A stretch of 64,000 bases of DNA from Bdellovibrionales bacterium (GCA_965219095.1 CBDCMT010000001.1:2080001-2144000), one strand, 5' to 3'. Numbered from the stretch's first letter, positions 29,873 to 41,242 are shown. Notes: generated by a model not told the origin, from the sequence alone. Translations and numbers: made by a program.

Positions 29873-30346
29873 AATGTAGTGCTTGAAACGCAAAGGTTAT
29901 AAGGCAATTGAAGCGAGATTTTAAGTGAGTTGAATAGAGTAGTTTGTGCTATCAAATTATAAAGGAAAGGAGGTTAGAGTAATGTCAAAGTCAGTTTAAA
30001 AATCTTCTTTGCTCTAACTTTCTTCAAAATCCATGGCCTTTACTTCAACTAAGGTGTGTTGTCTTTAGGTTGAGTAACGCTATGGTAAAAGGCTAAAAGA
30101 AAGATTTTATAAGGTCTCTTTTAGCCTTTTTTTTGTACTGGCTACACTCAGCATTCATACTTTCCTTTATGGTTTAGCTTGTGTATTCGTTCTATCTATT
30201 TAACACGTTAAGGTGAGTCGAAATAGTGAGTTTTTTCAACTCATACCACTTTAGCTTTCAAGATAGAACTTTTTTTCGACTTCAGCGGTTTCTTTTCAAG
30301 AATTTAATGATTTCAAGTGGTTACGCAAAACCGTGATCACTACATT
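29873..30346 (+). ncRNA. Putative ~475-nt structured RNA of unknown class
   Basis: Terminal pairing aatgtagtg/cactacatt plus at least six nested helices of 7-14 bp, several with G-U pairs on the + strand; starts at the predicted TSS; no long ORF. Confidence 0.5.
30087..30134 (+). terminator. Intrinsic-terminator-like hairpin inside the putative RNA
   Basis: aaaaggctaaaaga / tcttttagcctttt 14-bp stem ending in a T8 run. Confidence 0.5.
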
Positions 30347-30396
30347 TTAAACGGTGCCTTATAGGATTTTTATATGATTTTAGGGGTTAAAACTGT

Positions 30397-30545
30397 ATAT
30401 TGCCCCAAATGTTGAATGGTTTTTTGGATGACTTTATTCTGCACTCTCTTGTTCTCTACAATCTGAGCTGAAATAGAACCATTCTTTCTTGGAATCTTTT
30501 TTACAAACATATTTAGTCGAACGTGAAAAATTGACAAAGGCCTAG
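30397..30545 (-). pseudogene. IS1634 transposase N-terminal remnant
   Basis: MFVKKIPRKNGSISAQIVENKRVQNKVIQKTIQHLGQY. Confidence 0.65.
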
Positions 30546-30689
30546 GATTTTTATGCTATATGATCTTTATCCCTGTTACTTTCTACTATAGAGGGTTAAA
30601 TATTTTTTCATAACTTAAAAAAACAGTAGTTTTCAAGAAGGCGTACAGGCCTTTTAAGCCATTTCAGTGAAAAAAATGAAAAAAGACGC

Positions 30690-30865
30690 AACCTCTAGCA
30701 TTAACTTTCTAAAATTTTGAGAAGCTCCTGATAAAAGACTATTAATAGCATCCCCTTGTGATCCTAATAAAAAGTTCCTTCCCATACGAGAATCTATTTT
30801 CATATGACCAATGATTGCCTCAACTGAACTTCTTCTTCTGTGAAGTTTTCTTTTGTATGGACTTA
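30690..30865 (-). pseudogene. IS5-subgroup transposase C-terminal remnant
   Basis: RRRSSVEAIIGHMK...LGSQGDAINSLLSGASQNFRKL. Confidence 0.7.
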
Positions 30866-31726
30866 TACCATTTCCAAAAATTAATTCGACATTTTTTTAA
30901 CGCATTGCGTCCTGGCTTTTTTATCAAACTCTGTTAAATTTTTAGAGTCATGTCGAAAAAAGATTTAGTTACACAGATTCAAGGGTATAATTTTCTAGCT
31001 ACTTACAAAGTAGAAAGAAGTGCCAACATCAAGACAAAATTATTGGCTTTGCAGCATATGCAAGAAGGAAAATCGATTCAAGAAACAGCTAGGTATAGTT
31101 TTCTATCATCATCACAGTATCAAATCTTGGTTACAGTCTTTTTTTGTAGACTTTGATTACGAGGGATTGATAGATCGAGAAGGCAGAGGACGCAAGCCTC
31201 GTTTGCCAGTGACAGAAGAGGAGAACTTTAAAATCAAGTTAGATGAAATTCAAGACAAAAGAGAAGGAGGAAGCATAGGAGCAAAGGGAATACAGGAACT
31301 TTTAGCAGATGAATTGTGATAGTTGCTATTCTCTTTTAGGGTTTATGTTTCTTTAGACCGCCTTAATATTGTATGGATCAGTGGTCGTTCTCTTCATCCT
31401 AAAAGTTCATTAAGAAGCTATGGAACAGTTTAAGGAACATTTTCCAGAAGAGGTGGAGAAAATAAAGGAAAAGATTCAGACTCATAAAATAGAGATTTGG
31501 TGGCAGGATGAATGCAGAATAAGCTCAACAAGGTTCTTTAAGCAGGATTTGGGCAAGAAAAGGCACACGGCCTAGAATGGTGAGACAAAGACAATTTTTA
31601 TCCACTTATATTTTTGGAGCAGTTTGTCCGGATAGAGATAAAGGCTGTGCTTGGATTTTACCGGAATGTAATTCAGGGATGATGCAAATTCACTTAGATG
31701 AGATATCTAAAAATATTCAAGAAAAC

Positions 31727-33258
31727 GTAACTGCTCACTCTCGTAAGTTTTTATTTAAAGCCATAGAGATGGCTTCTAAAGAAGAATACCCTTTATTTCT
31801 CATTGTTTTAACATAGCTGGTAATACGACAAAAATATTTCGCCATTTCTTCTGTTCTGAAACACCCTGACACTTTCTTTTTCACTTTAGTCATTCTTAGA
31901 TCTCTTTCAGCTCTGTTATTAGTAGGATCTACGTTCTTTCTTTTAGCAAAGCACAGTATTTCTGCTTCATACTTTTTAAATCGCAGCCAAAGGTTTTGAG
32001 CTTGTGTATGCTTTATTCGTCCTTTCTTGCCATTTTTTTTAGGAAATTCTGGAAGCTCTTTTAAGCCTTTTGTAAGAATACTCCTATACCTTCTCTGAAG
32101 AGTTTCGTACTCTTTTTGAGTCAGAACTCTTGACTCTTTTTTATGAACTAACTCCACAGTCTCTTTAAGAAGTTTTTTGAGATTTATAGCCCATTTGAAT
32201 CCATTGCTTTCTTCTATAAATTTAAGCTCTCTCAAAAGGTGAGCCACACACAAAGCATGAGTTATCTTATCATAACAAAAGTAAGGACTCCAACAATCAT
32301 GCACAAGCACTCCTGCATATCTATCCAAGAGACCAATATCTTTTATGGCTTCCCTTCCACCTGAAAGGTGGAGAAACTGCAAGACTAATTCTCCTGAACT
32401 ATAAGTATGAATCCAGTAGTTTTTACCCTTAACCCTCATAGAGGTCTCATCAACATGAATGACCTCTGATTCAAGTATCTTTTCTTTCATCTGCTCTTCC
32501 CAACTTTTAAGAAACTCTCCTAATTCAGCAATGTATCTCAACATAACTGCAGGAGAAATCATTCGACCTATAAGCCCCATGTAATGTTCCCCAACACGTT
32601 GAAAAGACAGCATCTGAACTATAATGAAATTGATGATGGAAGCTCTAATGCCTACACCATACTGAAGAGGACCACTCATACCTTTAGGGAATTGACCTTT
32701 ATTTCTAGCTCCACATGAGGGACAATCCTTAACCTCAGAAGTTACAGTATGGGTCTGAATTTCATAAAAAATATCAATCTTTTTACGCTTCTCAAGGCTT
32801 TTTACCTCTGCTGTCTTTAAACACATCCCACACTGAGAACACTCTGAGGGAGAGACAGTCTCCTCACTGTTTGTATCTTTACTGTTATCAAGTCTAGAAC
32901 CCTTTTTCTGACTCCCACTAGCTTTCTTATTACGATTCCCTTGACGACTAAAATCTTGCGAAGGAGGAAGACCGCTGTTGCTGGAATTTTTTCGAACCTG
33001 TTTTTCTAAAAGCACAACAATCAGAATGTTCACAACCTTAAAGAGAGATTCAAAAACCACAGAAATCTCAGTAGGCACAGAACCTTTCTTTGCAAGCTTA
33101 TCAAAGTCACTTCTTATATTTTCAATCTCATTTCTGATGGAGGTCTTATTTATTGTCATTTGAAAAAAGTATTTAAAAGAAAATCTGTAAGAGCAAGACT
33201 TTTATCTTAAAACAGGTCTAAAGTTAAGGATAACTGAACAATGTAGGTGAGCAGTTAC
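31727..33258 (-). mobile_element. Single-ORF IS66 (MTINKTS type), intact; transposase 31735-33159
   Basis: IR gtaactgctcac; 8-bp TSD aagaaaac; NSSNSGLPPS, HVDETS, HDCW and PTNNRAERDLR motifs. Confidence 0.95.
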
Positions 33259-33574
33259 AAGAAAACTATCATGGAATTGTTTTAATGGACAGAGCCAGTT
33301 GGCATACCACAGAGACTTTAATAGTTCCTAAGAATTTATCTCTGATGCTTTACCTCCTTATAGTCCAGAATTAAATCCCATGGAACAAGTCTGGCAACAA
33401 TTACGAAGGATCAAATTATCGAATGCATGTTTTAAAAACTATGACCATATAGTGAATACTTGTTGTGAGGCCTGGAATACTTTTTGCGATCAAGAGGGCA
33501 GGATTAAAAAATTATGCACTCGATCTTGGGCAAAACAACAAGATGAATCAAGCTTGTAAATTAATTTGAACCTA

Positions 33575-34710
33575 TAGTGCTTCCGTTTAGGTTTTCAGTT
33601 TCCTAAGATAGAGAAGTTATCAGTTATCAAAGTTTCTAATTTAGATCTGTGTTTTCGTATTCCTCTAAAAAATTGACTTAAACTTCCCTTGAAATCGTCA
33701 TAGTTTTCATAATATCGATTCGCCGTGACCTCTTTTTTCATAAACTTCCAAAGCCTTTCTATAGGATTTAAATTCGGTGAGTACGGAGGAAGATAAACAA
33801 GTTTTATATTCAACTCTTTCGCTAACTTCTTGACAGACTTCGATCTATTGTATCCGGCCCCATCTAAGATAAGATGAATCTCTTTTTCATCGGGATGCTT
33901 CTTGCGAATATGATGGAGCATATCACATATGGAAACATGGTTAACTGTCTTATAACTCCTGACTACCGTCTTCAAACTATTGATCTCAATAGCTCCACAA
34001 ACATTCACTCTTTTTCTCCAGCCTGAATTGGTCTTCACTTCAAACTTCTTACCCTCTCTTATCCAACCATATGAAATCGTAGGGCCCCACTCAGGATGTG
34101 TGGAATCAGCAAAGTAAACAGGACCGTCTTTCTTCTTAATTCTCTTGTATTTACGCACAAACTTTTCCTGCTCTTCTTTCTTTGCCTTACCCGGTATCGC
34201 TGTGGCTTTTTTATAAGAAAAACCAAGGCGATGGAGAAGATCAATCACACCACTTGTTGAGTACGTAACACTAAAATTCTCCTCAATGAATTGGATGACA
34301 GACTGTGATGATGGAAAAATTCTTTTCTCTAATTCCTTTAAAAGCATTTTCTCCTCTTTCTTAGTTAAAAAGGACCTTTTAGGGTTGTAATTGTCGTTGA
34401 TTAAGCACTCTATCCCACCTTTGTTATAACGATTTCTACAGGCTCTTATCGTGCCCTCATCAATGAAAAGAAAACGGGAAATATCTTTACACAACTCACC
34501 TTTATCTAAATGGAGAATTGTCATAATCCTTTTTACGTATTTAAGATTTTTCTCTAGAGATAGTTCATAGAGTAAATCTTTTCGCTCTTTTTTTGATAGA
34601 AACCCTGACATATGAAACTATTTTTAAAAATAAATGACTTTTTATCAAGGCCTTAGAATAAAAACTAGACCTCAACTCAAAAAAAACGGAAAACCTAAGC
34701 GGAAGCACTA
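33575..34710 (-). mobile_element. IS630 type B, intact; transposase 33595-34611
   Basis: IRs, TA duplication; FADSTH, LDGAGYN and LPPYSPNLNPIE motifs. Confidence 0.95.
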
Positions 34711-34956
34711 TATAAATTAAATTGTGTAACTGATTTTTTTTATTTTAAATTTTACCCTCACTTTTTTACACTTATTTTAACCCATCAATCGATTCACACA
34801 ACAATAGATATACATGAAATAAACATATCTTATGAAAACTTAACCTCCCCTCAAAAGAAGTTTTTTTAAAATCTCCTAACTGAAGCTTTTCCTTAAGTCA
34901 ATTTTAAAATTTTAAATTTGAACATAAAAATGTCGAATTAATTTCTGTAATTGGTA

Positions 34957-36321
34957 TAAGACATCCTATCTTGTATTTTTGAGTTCTTTGAGGCCCTTAC
35001 TGGCCTCTATCACCTCCGGTGATTGAACTCAAAAACATTCATTTTATTTGCTTTTATTTGCTGTGTTACATTAAAATTTTAAAAAAGAAGCACCTACTTC
35101 CCAGATGCCTTAAAATGTTATTCAAAAAAAAAAAAAAAGGAGGGAAGAGATGCTTTTGAAGACTATACTAAATGATTGTTTAAGATGGAAGTCTTTTGTA
35201 TACGGAGACATTTATTTTTCAAAAGATAGAAAGTCAATTAATGTTCCTATTAAGGCTCGTAAAAATGGCCAAGCTTTTTGTAGTGTTTGTAAGAAGCCCT
35301 GTTCAGTGTATGACAGCAGTAAATCATCACGGGACTTTGAATCCCTTCCTATTTTAAGTTACAGGGTGTTTTTTGTTTATTTTGTAAGAAGAGTTAATTG
35401 TCCTTGCTGTGGGGTAAAAGTTGAGTATTTACCTTGGGCCGATGGTAAGAAGAGTTTAACGATCTTTTACATGAAGTACTTAGCAGACTGGTGTCGTCAC
35501 CTGTCTTGGAAAGAGGTTTCTTGTAAGTTTCATGTCAGTTGGAATCAGGTCTATGCTTCGGTAGAATGGGTCGTAGAATATGGTTTAAAACAAAGGGTTT
35601 TAAAGGGAATACAAGCTATAGGTGTAGATGAAATACAATGGAAAAAGAACCATCAGTATCTCACCTTAGTCTATGAAATAAGCAAAGAAAGTGTTCGTTT
35701 GCTATGGATAGGAGAAAAAAGAACAGAAAAGAGTTTTAGAAAATTCTTTGATTTACTAGGAGAGAAGTCAAAAGATATACGGTTTGTGTGTTCTGATATG
35801 TGGAAGCCTTATTTAAAAGTCATAAAGGAGAGGGCAAGTGGAGCTTTACACATATTAGATCGGTTTCATATCGTAGCAAGACTCAATAAGGCTTTAGACG
35901 AAGTGAGAGCTTCAGAACACAAAAAAATGAAAGAAGACGGGTATGAACCCCTTTTAACAAAAGCTAGATGGCCCTTGTTAAAAAATGCAGAAAATTTAAA
36001 ATCTTATGAAAAAGTAAAATTAAGGCATTTAATACAGTACAATTTAAAAAGTATCCGCTGTTATTTTTTAAAAGAAGACTTCCGACAGTTATGGACCTAT
36101 GTTTCACCAACTTGGGCTGGTAAATTTATAGACAGTTGGACGAAACGAGTCATGCTTTCAAAAATTGAACCTATGAAAAGAGAAGCAAAAACCATACGAA
36201 GACATAAGCTACTTATTCTTAATTACTTCAAGGCTAAAAAAACCTTCTCCTCAGGGATTGTAGAGGGTTTAAACAACAAAGTAAAACTCACTATGAGAAA
36301 ATCTTACGGCTTTAGAACCTC
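34957..36321 (+). mobile_element. ISL3 copy 3, both ends lost (left to IS630-A, right to IS1634)
   Basis: Transposase from 35150 is near-identical to copy 1 up to YGFRTS, then chimeric. Confidence 0.9.
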
Positions 36322-37093
36322 GATTTGGGCTGGAATACGCTTTGTGGGATTGCTCTCAGAAAAAAAGAGAAGGATGTGATTAGAAAAATGATAAGGCTAG
36401 ACTCTATTGTTGATGTATCCCATCGCATCAGGTTATCAAGTGGTACCTTGTATGCTCAGAGCATTAATCACAATGTTGGAAAAATCAAAGGACGTTTAGT
36501 TGTTTGTTACAATCAAAGGAGAGCTTTAGATATAAGAGAATCTCGTTTGGACGAAATTGCAAACGCACAAATTCTTTTGTCTAAAAATAAAAATATAAAA
36601 CCAGGTTTGGAAAAATACCTTACTCCAACAGGAAGATTAAGAAGAGATCGGTTGAATTTAGAATCTGAGTTTGATGGTTACTCTTGTATATTTTCTACAA
36701 AAAAGATCTCTGCAAAAGATATTGTTAATTTGTACTATAAGAAAGAGATAATTGAAAAATCTTTTAGGACCTTAAAGGGAATAACAAATTTGAGACCAAT
36801 TCGTCATTGGCTTTACAACAGAGTTCAATCACATGTCTTTATATGCTATTTATCTTGTCTGATACTTTCAATTCTAAAAATGAAGCTTGAAAAGATGCAG
36901 ATGTCTCCAGAGGAAGCTCTTGAAGAACTCGGTAGCATGTATAATGTCTATCTTTATGACCGAAAAAATAAAACTAGACTTATCAAAACAGTAGCTTTGA
37001 ATAAAGTTCAAGAAAAAATACTAAGATCTATTGGAAAAAGTCTTGTCAAAAAAATGTCCGTCTGTAGTGTACATTTTTGAGCACGAACTTAGG
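36322..37093 (+). mobile_element. IS1634-family transposase C-terminal part with right end
   Basis: FDGY...Y..KEIIEKSFRTLKG...LRPIRHW...RVQSHVFICYLS; ends gaacttagg. Confidence 0.85.
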
Positions 37094-37162
37094 TAAATTA
37101 GAAACTTTGATAACTGATAACTTCTCCATCTTAGGAACCTGAAAACCTAAACGGAAGCACTA
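37094..37162 (+). mobile_element. IS630 type B right-end remnant
   Basis: Matches the end of the IS630-B copies (…aaacctaaacggaagcacta). Confidence 0.85.
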
Positions 37163-37181
37163 TATAAATTGCATAAGTGTA

Positions 37182-37229
37182 TCACTTGAGACAAAAAATT
37201 GCTGTGCAGAATTTTTTTGTCTCAAGTGA
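37182..37229. repeat. About 19-bp inverted repeat upstream of lptC
   Basis: tcacttgagacaaaaaatt-gctgtgcag-aatttttttgtctcaagtga. Confidence 0.8.
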
Positions 37230-37264
37230 AAAGATTAATTTTTCTTTGATTCTTAGCTAAAAAT

Positions 37265-38188
37265 GTGTTAAAGTTATATATGTGGCTTAAAAAAGTCCTT
37301 TTAGGAACTTCCATTTTAACTCTCCTTATTCTACAGCTTGTCTTGATCTATAAGGATGTGATTGAAGAAGAAGAGCTTTCTAAAACACCACCGCTTCAGA
37401 AAATTCAAGGACTTTATGTTATAGGTTCAAACAATAGACAGAGAACTTGGAAGCTTTATAGTAAAACAGCGTTTTATAAAATAAAAAAAGAGTTTCTCTT
37501 AGAAACGGTTAGTGCAGAATTTTTTTTCAATAACAGCATATCCTTTAAAATTGTATCAGATAGAGGGAACCTTCATCTTCTTGAGAAAGACTTTGACCTT
37601 AAAGGTAACGTACAGATCGAATCAAGAAATAATTTAAGATTCTTTACAGATTTAGCTCGATATATATCATCTGAAAGAACCCTAAGAGCGGATAAAGTTT
37701 TTATTAAAAGTTTGAGTAAGGATGGTCTTTCCTTAAAAGGAGAAGAGCTTTTTATTGCTATCAATAAAAAATATCTAGAAATTGAAAAACCCTTAGTTTC
37801 TTCTAAAAATATAAAAATTAAAGCAAATAAAGCTTTTTTGAAAGATGGAAAAAAAAACATTCATTTTTCCGATGATATAGAGGTGGAATTACAAAGCTAC
37901 AAAGTTACAAGCAAGAAGGCCTTTTTAAGCTATAAAGATGCTTCTTTTACTCCACACTTTTTGCAAATGAGCAATCAAGTAAGACTTACTGGCAGGAACG
38001 TTTGGGCTGTTTCATCTAAAATGAAAGTGGATCTTCCTAAACAAAAGTATATTTTTGAAGGAAATTCAAGATTATTGTATAATTATAGTGAGCTTAAAGG
38101 GGAAAAAATTATTTTTTATGGAAAAACTAAAAAGCTTGATATAATTAAAGGGCAGTTGGAATTTCAAAGAGGAATTAAAGGTGAATGA
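37265..38188 (+). CDS. lptC: LptC with additional LptA/OstA-like beta-jellyroll region
   Basis: N-terminal TM helix, W.L.S..A and L.GNV motifs, G..I.F near the C-terminus; overlaps lptB. Confidence 0.7.
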   Translation: MLKLYMWLKKVLLGTSILTLLILQLVLIYKDVIEEEELSKTPPLQKIQGLYVIGSNNRQRTWKLYSKTAFYKIKKEFLLETVSAEFFFNNSISFKIVSDRGNLHLLEKDFDLKGNVQIESRNNLRFFTDLARYISSERTLRADKVFIKSLSKDGLSLKGEELFIAINKKYLEIEKPLVSSKNIKIKANKAFLKDGKKNIHFSDDIEVELQSYKVTSKKAFLSYKDASFTPHFLQMSNQVRLTGRNVWAVSSKMKVDLPKQKYIFEGNSRLLYNYSELKGEKIIFYGKTKKLDIIKGQLEFQRGIKGE

Positions 38189-38909
38189 GCTAAGAGTTCA
38201 TAATCTCTCTAAGAGCTTTAAAAGTAAAAAGGTGGTGAAATCGATTTCACTTTCTGTTCGCCAAGAACAGGTCGTAGGACTTTTAGGAGCTAATGGAGCT
38301 GGTAAAACGACAAGTTTTTATATGACGGCAGGTCTTTTGTTTTCTGATTCAGGGGAAGTTTTTATAAATGATCAAAGAATTGATCATTTATCTTTAAGCG
38401 AAAGAGTTAAAAAAGGTCTGGGTTATTTGCCTCAAGAATCAAGTATCTTTAGAAAAATGACTGTTGAAGAAAACATACAAATTTCCTTAGAATCTCTTAA
38501 CTCCTTATCTCCTAATGAAATTAAGAGTAACACTGATAAAATTATTACAGACTTTCATCTTAATTCTGTAGCTAAAAGTTTAGGTTATACACTATCTGGA
38601 GGTGAGAAAAGGAGAGTAGAAATTGCTCGTGCTATTGCCAGAAGACCTTATTTTCTCTTGCTAGACGAGCCCTTTGCAGGCATTGATCCTATATCGATTA
38701 ATGAATTGCAAGAAATGCTTTTACAGTTAAGAAAAAAAGAATCTCTGGGCATACTTATTACAGATCATAATGTAAGAGAGACTTTAAAGATTTGTGATTA
38801 TGCATATTTGTTAAAAGAAGGTGAGATTTTAGTCCAGGGGGATTCCAAGGCTGTAGTTCAGTCTCCTCTGGCCACAAAATTTTATTTAGGGTCAGATTTC
38901 AAATTATAG
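38181..38909 (+). CDS. lptB: LPS export ABC transporter ATPase
   Basis: GANGAGKTTSFY, YLPQESSIFRK, DEPFAGIDP and TDHNVRETL motifs. Confidence 0.96.
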   Translation: MNELRVHNLSKSFKSKKVVKSISLSVRQEQVVGLLGANGAGKTTSFYMTAGLLFSDSGEVFINDQRIDHLSLSERVKKGLGYLPQESSIFRKMTVEENIQISLESLNSLSPNEIKSNTDKIITDFHLNSVAKSLGYTLSGGEKRRVEIARAIARRPYFLLLDEPFAGIDPISINELQEMLLQLRKKESLGILITDHNVRETLKICDYAYLLKEGEILVQGDSKAVVQSPLATKFYLGSDFKL

Positions 38910-38936
38910 AGTATAATATTATAGGGTATAATTTTT

Positions 38937-40412
38937 ATGGCAATGAAATTAAAAACTACTTTTAAACTATCTCAAAACCTAAGAATGAGCCAGCAACTTC
39001 AACAAGCTATAAAGTTATTACAGTTAAGTCGCCAAGAACTTTCTACACAAATAAAAAAAGAACTTTTAGAAAATCCTATTTTAGAAGAGACTGTAGAATC
39101 TAAAGAAAACGAAAAGGATCATTTATCACATTCAGATAGTGAAAACTATAGTGAAAAATCTGAACATAGCGATAATTCTCAAGATCAGAATCACATAGAT
39201 TTAGATTGGGAAAATTATTATAATCTCTCTTCTCATAAATCTACAGATGGAATAAAACATCGCTCTTTAGCATCAAATAACGATATTTCAAAGTACGAAA
39301 GTTTCTTAGCCCAGCCTCGTTCTTTAGACGAACATCTTGTGTGGCAACTTAATTTATGTGTTTTTAATGAAAAGGAAAATAAAATAGGTCATTTTATTAT
39401 TGATAGTATAGGTGAGGATGGCTACTTGAAAACATCTTGTGAGGAGTTGTCAAAAAATAGTAAATACAGTTTAGGAAAGATTAAGAAAGTTCTACAAATT
39501 ATACAAACCTTTGATCCTGTAGGTGTAGGAGCTCGATCACTAAAAGAGTGTTTGAGCTTACAAGCTCAACTCTTGGGCGAAACCAAAGAAGATTTAACAA
39601 TCCTCATACAAAACCATTTAAAACATTTAGAGCAAAAAGATTATAAAAAAATTGCTCAAGTCATGAATAGAAGTGAAGAGAGAATTACTGAGCTTTGTAA
39701 TATTATTTATTCTATGGATCCTAAACCAGGTCTTGCTTACTATGATCAGTCACCTAACTACGTCACTCCTGATGTATATGTTCGTAAAGTAGGGGATAGT
39801 TATGTTGTTATTTTAAATGAGGAAGATTTGCCTCGACTTTGTATTTCTAATCATTATAAGAATATTTTACAAAGCAATGGCTTAAAATGTACTTCTGAGA
39901 ACTCTGAAGTAAAAAAAACAAAAAAATACATTGAGAACAAATTGAACTCAGCTTTATGGTTGATTCGTGCTGTCAATCAAAGGAATAAAACAATCTATAG
40001 AGTTATGGAAAGTCTTGTAAAACGCCAAAGAGATTTCTTTGAAAAAGGCCCTCAGCATATAAAACCTTTGATTTTGAGAACGGTAGCTGAAGATTTAGAA
40101 GTCCATGAATCTACAATCAGTCGTATTACAAGCAATAAATATGTCAGCACCTCTTATGGAACTTTTTCTCTTAAGTATTTTTTTAGCTCTGGGATTGTCA
40201 GAAAAGATGGAAGCTCTTTGTCTACACAGACAGTTAAGTTGAAGATCAAGGAATTAGTCAAGAAAGAAAAGCCCAGCAAGCCTCTTTCTGATCAAAAACT
40301 TTCAGAAGCTCTTAAGAAAGAAGTAGGTATAAATCTTGCCAGAAGGACTGTAGCAAAATATAGAGAATCAATGGACATACTTCCTGCTTCAAAAAGAAAG
40401 AAGATAGTTTAG
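38937..40412 (+). CDS. rpoN: RNA polymerase sigma-54 factor
   Basis: QLQQAIKLLQL, HESTISR and RpoN box ARRTVAKYRE. Confidence 0.97.
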   Translation: MAMKLKTTFKLSQNLRMSQQLQQAIKLLQLSRQELSTQIKKELLENPILEETVESKENEKDHLSHSDSENYSEKSEHSDNSQDQNHIDLDWENYYNLSSHKSTDGIKHRSLASNNDISKYESFLAQPRSLDEHLVWQLNLCVFNEKENKIGHFIIDSIGEDGYLKTSCEELSKNSKYSLGKIKKVLQIIQTFDPVGVGARSLKECLSLQAQLLGETKEDLTILIQNHLKHLEQKDYKKIAQVMNRSEERITELCNIIYSMDPKPGLAYYDQSPNYVTPDVYVRKVGDSYVVILNEEDLPRLCISNHYKNILQSNGLKCTSENSEVKKTKKYIENKLNSALWLIRAVNQRNKTIYRVMESLVKRQRDFFEKGPQHIKPLILRTVAEDLEVHESTISRITSNKYVSTSYGTFSLKYFFSSGIVRKDGSSLSTQTVKLKIKELVKKEKPSKPLSDQKLSEALKKEVGINLARRTVAKYRESMDILPASKRKKIV

Positions 40413-40421
40413 AGAAAAAAT

Positions 40422-40877
40422 GTGGAAGAAGCTTTTATAAGATCTCCTTTAGGGGTTTTAAAAATCATAGTTAAAAATGAAAGTGTTCTATCAGTTAAAA
40501 AAGTTCCTTCATTTTGCTATAAAAAAGTTCAAACCTCTTTCTATATGAAAAAGGTTATAAAAGAACTTGGGGATTATTTTGCTTCTGTGAGAACAAAGTT
40601 TCATATTCACCTTAGACCTCAAGGAACTGATTTTCAAAAAAAAGTTTGGAAAAAGTTAATGGAAATTCCTTATGGGAGGACTTTATCCTATTCAGAAGTG
40701 GCCTGTAAGATAGGGCATCCTAAAGCTTTTCGTGCCGTAGGACGAGCTTGTGGAAAAAATCCTTGTCTCATTTTGATTCCCTGCCATCGTGTTGTAGCAA
40801 AACAAGGATGTCTAGGGGGGTTTTCTATAGGCCTTAAAAATAAGAAATATCTCCTTTCTCATGAAAATGTGACTTGA
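40422..40877 (+). CDS. ogt: Methylated-DNA-protein-cysteine methyltransferase
   Basis: GTDFQKKVW, IPYG, RAVG and PCHRV motifs. Confidence 0.93.
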   Translation: MEEAFIRSPLGVLKIIVKNESVLSVKKVPSFCYKKVQTSFYMKKVIKELGDYFASVRTKFHIHLRPQGTDFQKKVWKKLMEIPYGRTLSYSEVACKIGHPKAFRAVGRACGKNPCLILIPCHRVVAKQGCLGGFSIGLKNKKYLLSHENVT

Positions 40878-40939
40878 TTTGAGACTCTCTGTTTCTCTGT
40901 ATGCTTTTTTACTTTAGAATAAAGTTAAGGAGGTTTTTT

Positions 40940-41242
40940 ATGAATTTAGAAATCTTATTCGAAGGAGTTGAGCACTCTGATCTTCTAACGGGGAATATAA
41001 AAAAACAGCTCTCTAAATTATCTAAATATTCTCAAAGTGATTTTTATGGAAAGGTTAATGTTAATGGGTTAAACCATCACAAGACTATTGAAGTTTCTCT
41101 GTACAAAGACCATGCTGAATACCATGCCACTGGTCAAGGTCGCTCTTATTTAGAGGCTATAAAAAATGTAGAGAAAAAATTGAGCCGTCAAATCAATTCT
41201 TTAAAGAATAAGAAAACATTTAAAAGAAAAATAGCAGCATAA
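40940..41242 (+). CDS. hpf: Ribosome hibernation factor HPF/RaiA family
   Basis: Downstream of rpoN; AI..V.KKL.RQ motif; AGGAGG RBS. Confidence 0.7.
   Translation: MNLEILFEGVEHSDLLTGNIKKQLSKLSKYSQSDFYGKVNVNGLNHHKTIEVSLYKDHAEYHATGQGRSYLEAIKNVEKKLSRQINSLKNKKTFKRKIAA

Larger units (their letters stand above)
30866..34956 (+). mobile_element. IS630 type A, degraded copy carrying IS66 and IS630-B insertions
   Basis: Both IRs present; frameshifted ORF pieces; sequence resumes at 33259 and at 34711. Confidence 0.9.

Noticed and set aside
29873..30346. RNase P RNA, tmRNA, retron ncRNA or group II intron identity for the structured region
   Set aside because: No GGAAAGUC/CR-V motifs, no tRNA-like ends, no adjacent reverse transcriptase, no recognisable domain V
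30353..30380. dif-like site ggtgccttata-ggattt-ttatatgattt
   Set aside because: Too many mismatches in the normally conserved XerD arm
36322..36379. ISL3-IS1634 fusion protein
   Set aside because: Junction artefact of truncation; the frames differ
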